DNA of 64,000 bases from Acidimicrobiia bacterium (GCA_012961035.1 DUAC01000093.1:48552-112551), one strand, 5' to 3'. Positions 44,758-55,007 are shown, counted from the stretch's first letter. Program-made: numbers and translations. Notes: a model not told the origin generated them from the letters alone.

Positions 44758-46263
44758 ATGTCCGAACTACCGACGGTCACCGGACATCCACACCGGTGGT
44801 TCATCCTCTCCATCCTGACCCTGTCACTGGTCATGGTGGTGGCCAGCGTCAGCTCGATGAACCTGGCGCTCCCGGCAATCCAACGTGATCTCAACGCAAC
44901 GGCATCCCAGATCGTGTGGATCAACGCCTCCTACGCCCTGATGCTGGCAGCGATACTCCTCCCCTCCGGCGCTCTGGGCGACCGGTTCGGTCGGCGGGGT
45001 GCCCTCCTCGTCGGCCTGGGAATCATGCTGACCGGCTCCGTCCTGGGGGCCACCAGCGGTTCCGCCGCCCAGATAATCGCCTGGCGCTGCCTGATGGGCG
45101 TGGGCGCCGGCCTGGTCATGCCCGCCACCCTGTCCATCCTCACCACGGTGTTCCCGGCGAACGAACGCAGTAGGGCCATCGCCATCTGGGCGGGCTTCGC
45201 CGGAGCCGGCGGGGCGATCGGCATCCTGGCCGCAGGCGTGCTCCTGGAGTTCTTCTGGTGGGGCTCCATCTTCTTCGTGAACATCCCGATCGCCGTGGTG
45301 CTCTTCGTCCTGACGGTGCTGTTCGTACCGTCCTCACGCGACTCCCTCAGGCACCCCATGGATCCCCTGGGTGGCCTGCTCTCGGCGGGCGCCCTGGCGG
45401 CCCTCGTATTCGCCCTCGTGCAGGGCCCGGAGTACGGCTGGACCGACCCCCGGATACTGGGAAGCGCCGTCACGTCGGTGCTGCTCGGAAGGGCCTGGGT
45501 GATCGCTGAGCGCCGCAGGGAGCACCCGATGCTGGACCCGTCCCTGTTCCGCATCCCACGCTTCGGCCTGGGAAGCCTCGGGATCGCCTCGGCCTTCGCG
45601 GTGATGTTCGGAATGTTCTTCGGATTCGCCCAGTTCATGCAGTTCGTCCTCGGCTACTCGGCACTCGACACGGCGATCCGGACGCTTCCGTTCGCCGCCA
45701 CGATGATCGCCGTCTCCCAGCTGGGGCCGAGGCTGGCCTCCAGGACCGGCGTCCGATCGGTGATCGCCGGCGGCCTGCTCCTGACATCCATCGGCCTCCT
45801 CTGGATGTCCGCCGTGAACGTCTCCAGCGGCTACCTCCAGGTCGTGGGCGGCCTCAGCCTGGCCGCTGCCGGCATGGCGCTGGTATTCCCGGCCGCCACC
45901 GAGGCCATCGTCGGCTCGCTGCCCCAGGACAAGGCGGGCGTGGCCTCAGCCGTCAACGACACCACGCGTGAGGTCGGAGCCGCCGTCGGCATAGCCCTGC
46001 TGGGCAGCCTCATGAGCTCCGGCTACCGCCGTAGCGTCGGCGATGCCTTCGACTCCCTGCCGGCCGCTGCCGCCGAGGCCGCCAGGGACTCTGTCGGTGC
46101 GGCCCTCCACGTCGCCCAACAGGCACCGGAATCGGTGCGCTCCGGTCTGGTCCTGACGGCTCGAACCGGCTTCGCCGAGGGCTATTCGCTGGCCATGATG
46201 GTCGGAGCCGCCCTGCTGGTGACCACTGCAGCCGTGGTCTTCCGCTGGTTCCCGAAGGACTGA
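44758..46263 (+). CDS. MFS transporter, DHA2 (EmrB/QacA-like, ~14 TM) family
   Basis: 501 aa. Many TM segments. MFS motif A-like GALGDRFGRRG. Confidence 0.88.
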   Translation: MSELPTVTGHPHRWFILSILTLSLVMVVASVSSMNLALPAIQRDLNATASQIVWINASYALMLAAILLPSGALGDRFGRRGALLVGLGIMLTGSVLGATSGSAAQIIAWRCLMGVGAGLVMPATLSILTTVFPANERSRAIAIWAGFAGAGGAIGILAAGVLLEFFWWGSIFFVNIPIAVVLFVLTVLFVPSSRDSLRHPMDPLGGLLSAGALAALVFALVQGPEYGWTDPRILGSAVTSVLLGRAWVIAERRREHPMLDPSLFRIPRFGLGSLGIASAFAVMFGMFFGFAQFMQFVLGYSALDTAIRTLPFAATMIAVSQLGPRLASRTGVRSVIAGGLLLTSIGLLWMSAVNVSSGYLQVVGGLSLAAAGMALVFPAATEAIVGSLPQDKAGVASAVNDTTREVGAAVGIALLGSLMSSGYRRSVGDAFDSLPAAAAEAARDSVGAALHVAQQAPESVRSGLVLTARTGFAEGYSLAMMVGAALLVTTAAVVFRWFPKD

Positions 46264-46315
46264 CCAGAACCCGTCCGGCTGCGATCCCGGCACGCCTGGA
46301 TGCAAGGATTGCCGG

Positions 46316-47353
46316 ATGCGAATCACCACCTCCCTCAACTACGCCACCGACCCGCAGACCGCCGCCACCCAGGCCCGGGAACTGGAGGCGGCCGGCGTGG
46401 ACTGCATCTGGGTCCCCGAGGCATACGGCTTCGACGCCGTCAGCCTGCTGGGCTACCTGGCGGCCAGCACCTCCACGGTGGAGCTGGCCAGCGGCATCCT
46501 GAACACCTACTCCCGCACCCCCGCCCTGCTGGCCCAGACAGCGGCCGGGCTGGATGCCCTGTCCGGTGGCCGGTTCACCCTGGGCCTGGGTGCCTCCGGG
46601 CCACAGGTGATCGAGGGCTTCCACGGCGTGCCGTACGACCGACCGCTGACGCGCATGAAGGAGATAATCCAGATCTGCCGGTCCGCCTGGCGCCGTGAGC
46701 GCCTCGAGCACGAGGGCAGGGTCTTCACGCTGCCCCTGCCAGCGGACCAGGGAACCGGGCTGGGCAAGCCCCTGAAGATCATCAACCACCTGAAGCGGTC
46801 GAACATTCCGATCTACATCGCCGCCCTCGGCCAGAAGAGCGTGGAGGAGACGGCCGCCACCTGCGAGGGCTGGCTTCCGTTCCTCGTCTACCCGGAGCGG
46901 ATGGACCAGGTGTGGGGTGATGCCGTCAGGGCCGGCAAGGCCAGACGGGATGACAGCCTCGACGGGTTCGACGTGGTGGCCGGTGGCCTCGTGGCGATCG
47001 GCGACGACGCAGCGCAGTACCGCGACTACGCCAGGCCGATGGCCGCCCTCTACATCGGGGGCATGGGCGCCCGGGGGAAGAACTTCTACAACGACGTCTG
47101 TCGGGACTACGGCTTCGCCGACGAGGCAATCGCCGTGCAGGACGCATACCTGGACGGCCGCAAGGAGGAGGCAGCCGGGCTGCTGCCGGACGAGCTCATC
47201 CAGAACACGACGCTCTGCGGTGACGAGGCCTACGTGGTGGACCGGCTGGCCGCCTACTCCGAGGCCGGGGTGACCTCGCTGAACGTGACGCCGGTCGGCG
47301 GCGAGCCGGCAGCTGTACTGGGCCGCCTACGCGAGCTGGCCGAGCACGTCTGA
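46316..47353 (+). CDS. LLM-class (luciferase-like) oxidoreductase, probably F420-dependent
   Basis: 345 aa. N-terminus MRITTSLNYA... and AAGVDCIWVPEAYGFD are typical of LLM proteins. Confidence 0.85.
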   Translation: MRITTSLNYATDPQTAATQARELEAAGVDCIWVPEAYGFDAVSLLGYLAASTSTVELASGILNTYSRTPALLAQTAAGLDALSGGRFTLGLGASGPQVIEGFHGVPYDRPLTRMKEIIQICRSAWRRERLEHEGRVFTLPLPADQGTGLGKPLKIINHLKRSNIPIYIAALGQKSVEETAATCEGWLPFLVYPERMDQVWGDAVRAGKARRDDSLDGFDVVAGGLVAIGDDAAQYRDYARPMAALYIGGMGARGKNFYNDVCRDYGFADEAIAVQDAYLDGRKEEAAGLLPDELIQNTTLCGDEAYVVDRLAAYSEAGVTSLNVTPVGGEPAAVLGRLRELAEHV

Positions 47354-47357
47354 GCCG

Positions 47358-48179
47358 TCAGGCGCCGTCGGGCCGGGTATCGGTCGGGTCCAGGCGTACG
47401 CCCAGCAGCAGCCCCTCGGTCATCCGCTGGGGCGCCTCGCCCAACATGAAGTTGACCGACAGGCGGCGTGGCGTCCGCACGTGGCGCGTACGCCGTGAGG
47501 TGGCCCGGACCACCCTGCGGGCCAGACGGTCGGGATCGGCCTTCGGTGTCAGCCGCAACAGGTTCAGCCTGTCGATCACGCGCTGGGTGCTGGCCGAGGA
47601 GGAGTTCTCGATGGCGTCCCACATGCGGGTGTCCACCGGCCCGGGCGCCACGAGCGTGGTCCGGATCGACGTGCCCTTCAGCTCCATGCGCAGGGCTGCC
47701 ACGAAGCCGTTGATCCCCGCCTTGGTGGCGCAGTAGGTGGCCATCGAGGGGAAGCCGGAGGAACCGGCGATCGACGACAGGTAGACGATGTGGCCACGGC
47801 CGCGCTCCAGCATGCCGGGCAGGGCGTAGCGGGTCAGGACCATGGGCGCCTCCAGGTTCACCCGCGTGGCGGTCCGGACGTCGACCGGATCGATGACGGC
47901 CGCCATGTCCACGGTCTCGACGCCTGCGTTGTTGACCAGCACGTCGATCGGACCGATCTCGGCCTCCACGCCCGGCACGAGGCCCTCTACGGCTGCCGGG
48001 TCTGAGAGGTCGACCACCACGGCGTGGCCGCCCACCTCCTCAGCGACCGCCCGGAGGTCGCCCTCGGACCTGGCAGCGACCACCACCTCGGCACCCGCCG
48101 CCGCGTATGCCCGGGCCAGGGCCGCACCGATCCCCCGTGAGCCACCCGTTACCAGTACCCGCGCGCCATCGAGATCCAT
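47358..48179 (-). CDS. SDR-family oxidoreductase
   Basis: ORF 47358..48428, start ATG 48179 (MDLDGARVLVTGGSRGIG). YCATK (YxxxK) catalytic motif. Confidence 0.88.
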   Translation of the reverse strand: MDLDGARVLVTGGSRGIGAALARAYAAAGAEVVVAARSEGDLRAVAEEVGGHAVVVDLSDPAAVEGLVPGVEAEIGPIDVLVNNAGVETVDMAAVIDPVDVRTATRVNLEAPMVLTRYALPGMLERGRGHIVYLSSIAGSSGFPSMATYCATKAGINGFVAALRMELKGTSIRTTLVAPGPVDTRMWDAIENSSSASTQRVIDRLNLLRLTPKADPDRLARRVVRATSRRTRHVRTPRRLSVNFMLGEAPQRMTEGLLLGVRLDPTDTRPDGA

Positions 48180-48215
48180 GGAGTGAACGTAGTCCGGGGA
48201 CCGTGGCCACTCTTC

Positions 48216-48230
48216 GCCGGACGGTCCGGC
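48216..48230. promoter_or_regulatory. 15-bp perfect palindrome in the divergent SDR / epoxide hydrolase intergenic region
   Basis: GCCGGACGGTCCGGC, with 7-bp arms around a central G. A second inverted repeat GGGTAC...GTACCC lies ~70 nt downstream. No adjacent regulator gene. Confidence 0.2.
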
Positions 48231-48342
48231 TTCCCGACGGCCTATCTGCCTGCGACCCGGCAGTCCGGCTTCTGGGTCCTGCAGGTGCCACGGGTACGGT
48301 CGGGCCGCGTACCCACCGGAGACCCCGAACCCAGGAGCAACC

Positions 48343-49506
48343 GTGGCCCAGGCCCAGCACGTCGAGCCGTTCAAGATCTCTGTGTCGGACGCACAGGTCG
48401 CCGACCTGCGACGGCGTCTCGCCGACACCCGGTGGCCCGACCAGATCCCCGGCTCAGGTTGGGACTACGGCTGCGACCTGGCCTGGTTGCAGGACCTGGC
48501 CGCCTACTGGGCGGACGGCTTCGACTGGCGGACGGCCGAGGCCCGGCTGAACAGCCTGGACCAGGTGGTGACCACCATCGACGGCCAGCGCATCCACGCC
48601 ATCCACCAACGGTCCCCCCAGGCCGATGCCCTACCGCTGCTCATAAGCCACGGTTGGCCCGGCTCCGTGGTGGAGTTCCTGAAGGTGATCGGACCGCTCA
48701 CGGACCCGGCTGCCCACGGCGGCGACCCGGCTGATGCCTTCCACGTCATCGCCCCGTCGCTGCCCGGCTTCGGCTGGTCCGGTCCGACCACCCAGCCCGG
48801 CTGGGGCGTGGGTCGCACGGCCATGGCGTTCGTCGAGCTGGCCGCCACGTTGGGCTACGAGCGCTACGGCGTGCAGGGCGGGGACTGGGGGTCCATGATC
48901 TCCCGGCAGGTGGCGGCAGCGGCTCCCGACTCGGTGGTCGGCTGCCACGTCAACATGTTCGCCGGAGGCCCCCCGGGACGCGATGACGACTTCGACGACG
49001 TCACCGGGACAGAGCAGAGGCTCATGGACAGGGGTGCCTGGTACATGGCCGAGGACAACGGCTACTTCCGCATCCAGGAGACGCGCCCACAGACCCTCGG
49101 GACGGCCCTGAACGACTCCCCGGCCGGACTCCTGTCGTGGATCGGCGAGAAGTTCCACGGCTGGGTCGACCACGACGGCGACCCACTGGACGTCGTGGAC
49201 CGCGACCAGGTCCTGGCCAACGTCAGCACCTACTGGTTCACCGGCACGATCAACTCCTCGACCCGCATGTACTTCGAGACCATGAAGGCCATGGCACGCG
49301 GAGAGGGGCTGGCCGAGAACGCCGAGGTGCCGCTGGGGGTGTCCGCATTCCCTGCCGAGCTCTTCATGTCCCGCCGCCGCTGGGTGGAGGCCACCCACAA
49401 CGTGACGTTCTGGCGTGAACACGACCGGGGCGGGCACTTCGCCACCATGGAACGCCCGGAGGCCATCGTGGCCGACATACGGGAGTTCTTCAGGGGGCTC
49501 CGATGA
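48343..49506 (+). CDS. Epoxide hydrolase (N-terminal EH domain plus alpha/beta hydrolase fold)
   Basis: 387 aa. GTG start with AGGAG upstream. HGWPGS oxyanion motif and GGDWGS nucleophile elbow. Confidence 0.85.
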   Translation: MAQAQHVEPFKISVSDAQVADLRRRLADTRWPDQIPGSGWDYGCDLAWLQDLAAYWADGFDWRTAEARLNSLDQVVTTIDGQRIHAIHQRSPQADALPLLISHGWPGSVVEFLKVIGPLTDPAAHGGDPADAFHVIAPSLPGFGWSGPTTQPGWGVGRTAMAFVELAATLGYERYGVQGGDWGSMISRQVAAAAPDSVVGCHVNMFAGGPPGRDDDFDDVTGTEQRLMDRGAWYMAEDNGYFRIQETRPQTLGTALNDSPAGLLSWIGEKFHGWVDHDGDPLDVVDRDQVLANVSTYWFTGTINSSTRMYFETMKAMARGEGLAENAEVPLGVSAFPAELFMSRRRWVEATHNVTFWREHDRGGHFATMERPEAIVADIREFFRGLR

Positions 49507-50228
49507 GCACGCCGATGGGCGCCACGACAACGCTGGCCGGCACCGACGGCGTGGACATCGCCGCCGAGACCCGTGGACCGGACGTACGCAGCGGCCCGCC
49601 GATCGTGGCCACCACGGGATGGGCCAACGACCGGAGCGTCTGGACGCCGATGGCGGACGACCTCTGCGTCGACCACGCGGTCACCACCTGGGACCTGAGG
49701 GGCCACGGTGCCAGCGCCGCACCGCCGCCCGGCGACTACACCCGCGCCCATGCCCTCGGGGACCTGGCCGCAGTGCTGGACCTGGCTGGTCGTCCGGCGG
49801 TCCTGATGGGCCACAGCCTGGGTGGCTTCCTGTCCCTGGCCCATGCCGTAGACCATCCGGAGGACGTGGCCGGCCTGGTGCTCGTGGCCACCGGTCCGGG
49901 CTTCCGGAAGGTGGAGGCCCGCGAGCAGTGGAACGAATCGGTGCGGGCCTCAGCAGCCGGGATGGACCTGGCGGCCGGCGCCGAGGAGATATCGATGCAC
50001 CACGACTCCCACGTCATCGACCACCTGGCGGAGGTACAGGTCCCGGTCCTGGTGCTGCTGGGCGAACGCGACACCCGCTTCGCTGCATCGGCGGCGCTCT
50101 TCCAGCGGGACCTGGACGTTCGCGAGTCGGTGGTCGTGGCGGGCATGGGCCACATGGTCCACGTGAAGGCCCCCGCTGAGTGTGCTGCAGCCGTGAGGCG
50201 GTTCATGGCCGGCCTGGCCACCCGATGA
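49503..50228 (+). CDS. Alpha/beta hydrolase fold protein
   Basis: 241 aa. GHSLGG nucleophile elbow. ATGA overlap with the epoxide hydrolase stop. Confidence 0.8.
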   Translation: MSTPMGATTTLAGTDGVDIAAETRGPDVRSGPPIVATTGWANDRSVWTPMADDLCVDHAVTTWDLRGHGASAAPPPGDYTRAHALGDLAAVLDLAGRPAVLMGHSLGGFLSLAHAVDHPEDVAGLVLVATGPGFRKVEAREQWNESVRASAAGMDLAAGAEEISMHHDSHVIDHLAEVQVPVLVLLGERDTRFAASAALFQRDLDVRESVVVAGMGHMVHVKAPAECAAAVRRFMAGLATR

Positions 50229-50290
50229 CAGTTGAATGCACACCAGCGACCGCTACATGACCCCGGTCCCCCGGCCCGGATGACGGCTTC

Positions 50291-51157
50291 GTGAACAGCG
50301 ACCCGCTGGCCCGGATGGTCGAGCTGCCCGGCGGCAGGTTCCTCATGGGAACCGACGAGGGCGGGTACCCGTCGGACGGCGAGGGACCGGTACGGCCGGT
50401 CGTCCTCTCCCCCTTCGCCATCTCGGCCACGGCGGTCACGACCGCCGATTTCGCCGCGTTCACCGACGCCACAGGACACGTCACCACCGCAGAACGCGAG
50501 GGCTGGTCGTTCGTCTTCGCCGGGCACCTGCCCGATGACTTCGAGGCCACCAGGGGCGTGGTGGGTGCCGAGTGGTGGCGGCAGGTATTCGGCGCCGACT
50601 GGCGCCACCCCGAGGGTCCCGACAGCGACATCGACGACCGGCTCGACCATCCGGTGGTCCACACGTCATACATCGACGCTGCGGCGTTCGCCACCTGGGC
50701 CGGGGGTCGCCTACCCACCGAGGCGGAGTGGGAGTACGCGGCCAGGGGAGGCCTGGACGGGAAGCGGCTGCCGTGGGGAGACGAGAACCGACCCGACGGC
50801 CCGGACGACCACCGGTTCAACATCTTCACCGGGACCTTCCCCACCGAGGATTCCGCCGAGGACGGCTGGGCCGGGACCTGCCCGGTGGATGCCTTCGCAC
50901 CCAACGGCTACGGCCTGTACAACTGCTCCGGCAACGTTTGGGAGTGGACGTCCGACTGGTTCGGCACCGACCACGGAGACCCCGACGCAGCACCCCGCAC
51001 GGATCCGGTCGGGACGCCGCTGGGGGTGGGCCGGGTGGTCAAGGGCGGCTCCCACCTCTGCCATGACAGTTACTGCCACCGCTACCGGGTGGCCGCCAGG
51101 ACGTCCAATCCCCCGGACAGCTCAGCCGGCAACCAGGGCTTCCGGCTGGCGCGCTGA
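50291..51157 (+). CDS. Formylglycine-generating enzyme (FGE/SUMF1 family)
   Basis: 288 aa, GTG start. C-terminal KGGSHLCHDSYCHRYRVAARTSN contains the paired catalytic Cys motif of bona fide FGEs. Confidence 0.88.
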   Translation: MNSDPLARMVELPGGRFLMGTDEGGYPSDGEGPVRPVVLSPFAISATAVTTADFAAFTDATGHVTTAEREGWSFVFAGHLPDDFEATRGVVGAEWWRQVFGADWRHPEGPDSDIDDRLDHPVVHTSYIDAAAFATWAGGRLPTEAEWEYAARGGLDGKRLPWGDENRPDGPDDHRFNIFTGTFPTEDSAEDGWAGTCPVDAFAPNGYGLYNCSGNVWEWTSDWFGTDHGDPDAAPRTDPVGTPLGVGRVVKGGSHLCHDSYCHRYRVAARTSNPPDSSAGNQGFRLAR

Positions 51158-51200
51158 GCACCGACCGGCCCCGCTGCGCTGCGCCCGTAGCCTTGCGTCC

Positions 51201-52403
51201 ATGGGGTTGCGCAGCGAGTTGAACCGACACGTACCGCCGGCCGCCCCCGGAGAGTTCGACGCACCCCGTATCGGCCCACTGGAGGTGTGGCCCCCTGTGG
51301 TCCTGGCCCCGATGGCCGGCGTCACCAACGCGCCCTTCCGCTCCCTCTGCCGTGAGTTCGGGGCAGGCCTCTACGTCAGCGAGATGGTGACAGCCCGTGG
51401 CCTGGTGGACGGCCACCTCAAGACGACGCGCCTGGCCCACTTCGATCCCGACGAGTCACCCCGCAGCATCCAGCTCTACGGAACCGAACCGGAGAGCATC
51501 CGCCGGGCCGTCGACCTGCTGGTCGGTGAGGGACGGGTCGACCACATCGACATGAACTTCGGTTGCCCGATGCCCAAGGTGACGCGCAGGGGTGGAGGTG
51601 CGGCCATCCCGCTGAAGCCACGGCTGTTCGAGGACATCGTGCGTGCCGCCGTGGATTCCTCCGGCGACGTACCGGTCACCGTCAAGTTCCGAAAGGGCAC
51701 CGACGACGACCACCTCACCTTCCTGGAGGCGGGCCGGATAGCCGAAGCGGTGGGTGCCGCCGCCGTCTCACTCCACGCCCGGACCGCCGAGCAGCTGTAC
51801 TCCGGCGAGGCCGACTGGTCCGCCGTGGCCGACCTGAAGGCTGCGGTGACCGGCATCCCGGTGTTCGGCAACGGCGACGTCTGGGAGCCGTGGGATGCCC
51901 TGCGCCTCATGCGGACCACCGGTTGCGACGGTGTGGTGGTCGGGCGCGGCTGCCTGGGCCGACCCTGGCTGTTCGGCGACCTGGCAGCGGTCTTCGGCAA
52001 CGAACCCTCGGTCGGCGGAGCGGAGCCGGGGGATCCCCCGAGGCTCCGTGAGGTCACCGCTGCCATGTCCCGCCATGCCCGTCTGCTGGTGGACTGGGCC
52101 GGTCCGCACGGCATAAAGGACTTCCGGAAGCACACCGCCTGGTACATGAAGGGCTACGCAACCGGCCCGGCCTCGCGTCGGGACCTCCAGACGATCACCG
52201 ACGTGGACCACCTGGACGGCCTCCTGGCACGCCTGCTGGAGGAGGTGGATCCGGACATGACGTTGGATCCCGAGTCGCTGCGCATCCCCCGCAGCCACCG
52301 CAGTGGCCCGAGGCCCGTGGTCCTTCCGGAGGGCTGGCTGGACGATCCCATGGATGCCACGCCGCCCGCTGCCGATTCAGAGGTCCTGGTCTCCGGGGGC
52401 TGA
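51201..52403 (+). CDS. dus: tRNA-dihydrouridine synthase
   Basis: C-terminal 400 aa of ORF 50535..52403, from ATG 51201. VVLAPMAGVTNAPFR and DMNFGCP motifs. Confidence 0.9.
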   Translation: MGLRSELNRHVPPAAPGEFDAPRIGPLEVWPPVVLAPMAGVTNAPFRSLCREFGAGLYVSEMVTARGLVDGHLKTTRLAHFDPDESPRSIQLYGTEPESIRRAVDLLVGEGRVDHIDMNFGCPMPKVTRRGGGAAIPLKPRLFEDIVRAAVDSSGDVPVTVKFRKGTDDDHLTFLEAGRIAEAVGAAAVSLHARTAEQLYSGEADWSAVADLKAAVTGIPVFGNGDVWEPWDALRLMRTTGCDGVVVGRGCLGRPWLFGDLAAVFGNEPSVGGAEPGDPPRLREVTAAMSRHARLLVDWAGPHGIKDFRKHTAWYMKGYATGPASRRDLQTITDVDHLDGLLARLLEEVDPDMTLDPESLRIPRSHRSGPRPVVLPEGWLDDPMDATPPAADSEVLVSGG

Positions 52404-52428
52404 CCCCGACGGCCCAGCTGTCTCCCGA

Positions 52429-53022
52429 ATGCTCCCCGACCACCTGATCCTGGCCTCGGCGTCGCCGCGTCGCCTGGACCTGCTCCGTCAGGTAGGGCTG
52501 GACCCCGAGGTGCGTTCACCCGACGTCGACGAGACCCGTCTGCACGACGAGGACGTGGCGTCGATGGTGGAACGGCTGGCGTGTGCCAAGCGGGACGCCG
52601 TAGCCGGCGAGGGGGAATGGGTGGTCGCAGCCGACACGGTCGTCGTCGTGGACGGCGAGGCACTGGGCAAGCCGGGAACCCCGGAGAAGGCCACGGCCAT
52701 GCTGAGGCTCCTCTCGGGCCGCTCCCACCAGGTACTGACCGGCGTTGCCGTGGCCGGACCGTTGGGCCGGGCATCCACGACGGTGTGTACCGAGGTGGCG
52801 TGGCGGGAGCTCTCCGACGAGGAGGTGGCCTCCTACGTGGCCACGGGGGAGCCCCTGGACAAGGCCGGTGGCTACGGGCTCCAGGGAGGCGGAGCGGACT
52901 TCGTGGTGGAGCTGCTGGGCGGCAGGGACAACGTCATCGGCCTACCGGTCACGACCGTGCTGGAGCTCCTCGCCACGGTCGGTCCCGCTGACGACGGCTG
53001 GAGACGCCTGCCCGGGGGCTGA
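52429..53022 (+). CDS. maf: Maf-like nucleoside triphosphate pyrophosphatase
   Basis: ORF 52303..53022, start ATG 52429 (MLPDHLILASASPRRLDLL). GKAGGYGLQG motif. Confidence 0.9.
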   Translation: MLPDHLILASASPRRLDLLRQVGLDPEVRSPDVDETRLHDEDVASMVERLACAKRDAVAGEGEWVVAADTVVVVDGEALGKPGTPEKATAMLRLLSGRSHQVLTGVAVAGPLGRASTTVCTEVAWRELSDEEVASYVATGEPLDKAGGYGLQGGGADFVVELLGGRDNVIGLPVTTVLELLATVGPADDGWRRLPGG

Positions 53023-53031
53023 GCGGGGGCC

Positions 53032-53808
53032 TCAGCCGACCGGTGGCACCAGCCGCTGGTCGTCGCTGATGAACGTCCGTACGCCCAGCAGCACGACCAC
53101 GAGGGCGGTCACCGCCGCCGTCCCGAGGATCAGGAACAGGATCGCCACCTGGATCAGCGCCGCCTGGAGGGGATCCACCCCGGCCAGGATGAGGCCTGTC
53201 AGGGCCCCGGGTAGGAACACCATGCCGGCGGTCCGGGTGATCTCGATCTGGGGCCGTAGCGCCAACCGCAGTGCATCGGATGTCACGTCGCGCACCGCAC
53301 GGTCCGGCGTGAAGCCGAGGGCCAGCATCGCCTCCACCTCGCCGGCCCGGTCCCGGACGCCGTCCACGAGACGGGTGGCGGCCACCACCACGACCTTCAG
53401 CGAGTTGCCGACCACCATCCCGGAGACGGGCACCAGGACCCGTGCCTCCAGAGGGAGGATTCCGAGGGCGAACACGGTGGTCAGCGAGATGGCGAGGCCC
53501 AGCAGGGTGCCCCCTACCGTGAGGAGGCCGAGGCCCCGCAGTCGGGGTTCGCGGCGACGGGCGGCGTCGCCGGCCACCGGCACCATGGCCACCACCCAGG
53601 CCCAGGCCCAGAGGATCGAGGTCCCCTCGTCCAGCAGCAGCGTCAGGGCCCACCCGGCGAGGAGCAGCTGGGCTATGGCGCGCGCCGTGGCCACCACGAG
53701 GTCGCGCTCCAACCCGAGCCGGCGGACCATGGAGATGCCGGCGACCACGAGCACCGGCACCAGCGACGCCGCCAACCCCCACCAGCCGATGTACACCTCA
53801 GTCACCAT
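53032..53808 (-). CDS. fetB: FetB/YbbM (UPF0014) family ABC exporter permease
   Basis: 258 aa. Aligns from memory to E. coli FetB (for example LPGALTGLILAGVDPLQAALIQV versus LPGMMSGLIFAGIDPVKAIKYQI). No FetA-type ATPase gene adjacent. Confidence 0.82.
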   Translation of the reverse strand: MVTEVYIGWWGLAASLVPVLVVAGISMVRRLGLERDLVVATARAIAQLLLAGWALTLLLDEGTSILWAWAWVVAMVPVAGDAARRREPRLRGLGLLTVGGTLLGLAISLTTVFALGILPLEARVLVPVSGMVVGNSLKVVVVAATRLVDGVRDRAGEVEAMLALGFTPDRAVRDVTSDALRLALRPQIEITRTAGMVFLPGALTGLILAGVDPLQAALIQVAILFLILGTAAVTALVVVLLGVRTFISDDQRLVPPVG

Positions 53809-53902
53809 CGCACCGTAGCCAGCCGCCGGCAGGCCGACCGCCAGACATGCCGGCCCCCGATGCCCACACGCCCACCTTGGGGAGTTCGGCTGCCACCCAT
53901 AT

Positions 53903-53924
53903 CCTGTTAGGCATGCTGAACAGG
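53903..53924. promoter_or_regulatory. 22-bp near-palindrome overlapping the ABC ATPase start codon
   Basis: CCTGTTAGGCATGCTGAACAGG. 9 of 11 symmetric positions pair: arms CCTGTT/AACAGG and centre GCATGC. Contains a TTAGG half-site-like motif. Confidence 0.3.
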
Positions 53925-54962
53925 CGTATCCAGGTGCCCCGGGCGACGGCCGAGGGGCTCGAGGTGTCGAACCTGTCCGTCGCCTACGACGGCCCGTCCG
54001 TCCTCACCCAGGTGTCCCTGGAGGTGGCCGCCGGAGAGATCGTCGCCCTGCTCGGCCCCAGCGGGTGCGGCAAGACCACGCTGCTGCGAACCATCGCCGG
54101 CCTCGAACGTCAGCAGGCCGGCACGGTGCGACTGGGCGACCGGGTGCTGGGTGACGACACGACCTTCGTACCACCCGAGAAGCGTCGTATCGGGATGGTC
54201 TTCCAGGACGGTGCCCTGTTCCCGCACCTGGACGTGGGACAGAACGTGGCCTACGGCCTGCCCAGGGCCGAACGCCGCTCCTCGCGGGTGGCCGACACCC
54301 TGGAGCTGGTCGGGCTGGCCGGCATGGTCGACCGCATGCCCGGCTCGCTCTCGGGTGGCCAGCAGCAACGCGTGGCGCTGGCCCGTGCGCTGGCTCCCAG
54401 ACCCGGGGTCCTGCTCCTGGATGAACCCTTCTCCAGCCTCGACACCTCGCTACGCGTCCAGGTCAGGAGCGAGATCCACCACCTCCTCCTGGAGCTGGGG
54501 GTGACCACCGTCTTCGTCACCCACGACCAGGAGGAGGCCTTCGTCCTGGGCGACCGGGTGGCGGTGCTGAACGACGGTCGCCTGGCCCAGGTCGGGACGC
54601 CCGACGAGCTCTACCGCCATCCGGTCGACCGCTGGGTCGCAACCTTCGTCGGCGACGCCAACCTCATCCCGGTGGCCTCGGCGGTGGGAACCTGTCGCAC
54701 GGTGGTCGGTGACGTTCCGGTGGTCGGAGAGGTGGACGGGCCGGCCGAGCTACTCCTGCGCCCCGAGGACATCAGGGTCGAGGATGGCGACGACGGCGTG
54801 GTGGAGCTGGTCGAGTACTACGGCCACGATGCGATGGTGCAGGTCCGCCTGGATGACGACACCTCCATCCGTGTCAGGACAGGTGCCGACCTGACCCACC
54901 AGCGCGGCGATCGGGTGGGTGTGGCATATGTCGGCCCCGGTGCGGTGGCCCTCGGGGTTTGA
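53913..54962 (+). CDS. ABC transporter ATP-binding protein (FbpC/PotA-like, with C-terminal TOBE-type domain)
   Basis: ORF 53847..54962, start ATG 53913. Walker A GPSGCGKTT, signature LSGGQQQRVALARAL, Walker B LLLDEPFSSLD. Confidence 0.9.
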   Translation: MLNRRIQVPRATAEGLEVSNLSVAYDGPSVLTQVSLEVAAGEIVALLGPSGCGKTTLLRTIAGLERQQAGTVRLGDRVLGDDTTFVPPEKRRIGMVFQDGALFPHLDVGQNVAYGLPRAERRSSRVADTLELVGLAGMVDRMPGSLSGGQQQRVALARALAPRPGVLLLDEPFSSLDTSLRVQVRSEIHHLLLELGVTTVFVTHDQEEAFVLGDRVAVLNDGRLAQVGTPDELYRHPVDRWVATFVGDANLIPVASAVGTCRTVVGDVPVVGEVDGPAELLLRPEDIRVEDGDDGVVELVEYYGHDAMVQVRLDDDTSIRVRTGADLTHQRGDRVGVAYVGPGAVALGV

Positions 54963-54978
54963 ACCCTGAATCGCATTT

Positions 54979-55007
54979 GTTAGGTTCCCTTGACGCCCTA
55001 TTAGGGC
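54979..55007. promoter_or_regulatory. Candidate internal promoter/operator before the substrate-binding protein gene
   Basis: Relatively AT-rich spacer. TTAGGTT (54979-54985), TTGACG (54990-54995) and a 13-bp perfect palindrome GCCCTATTAGGGC (54995-55007). Confidence 0.3.
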
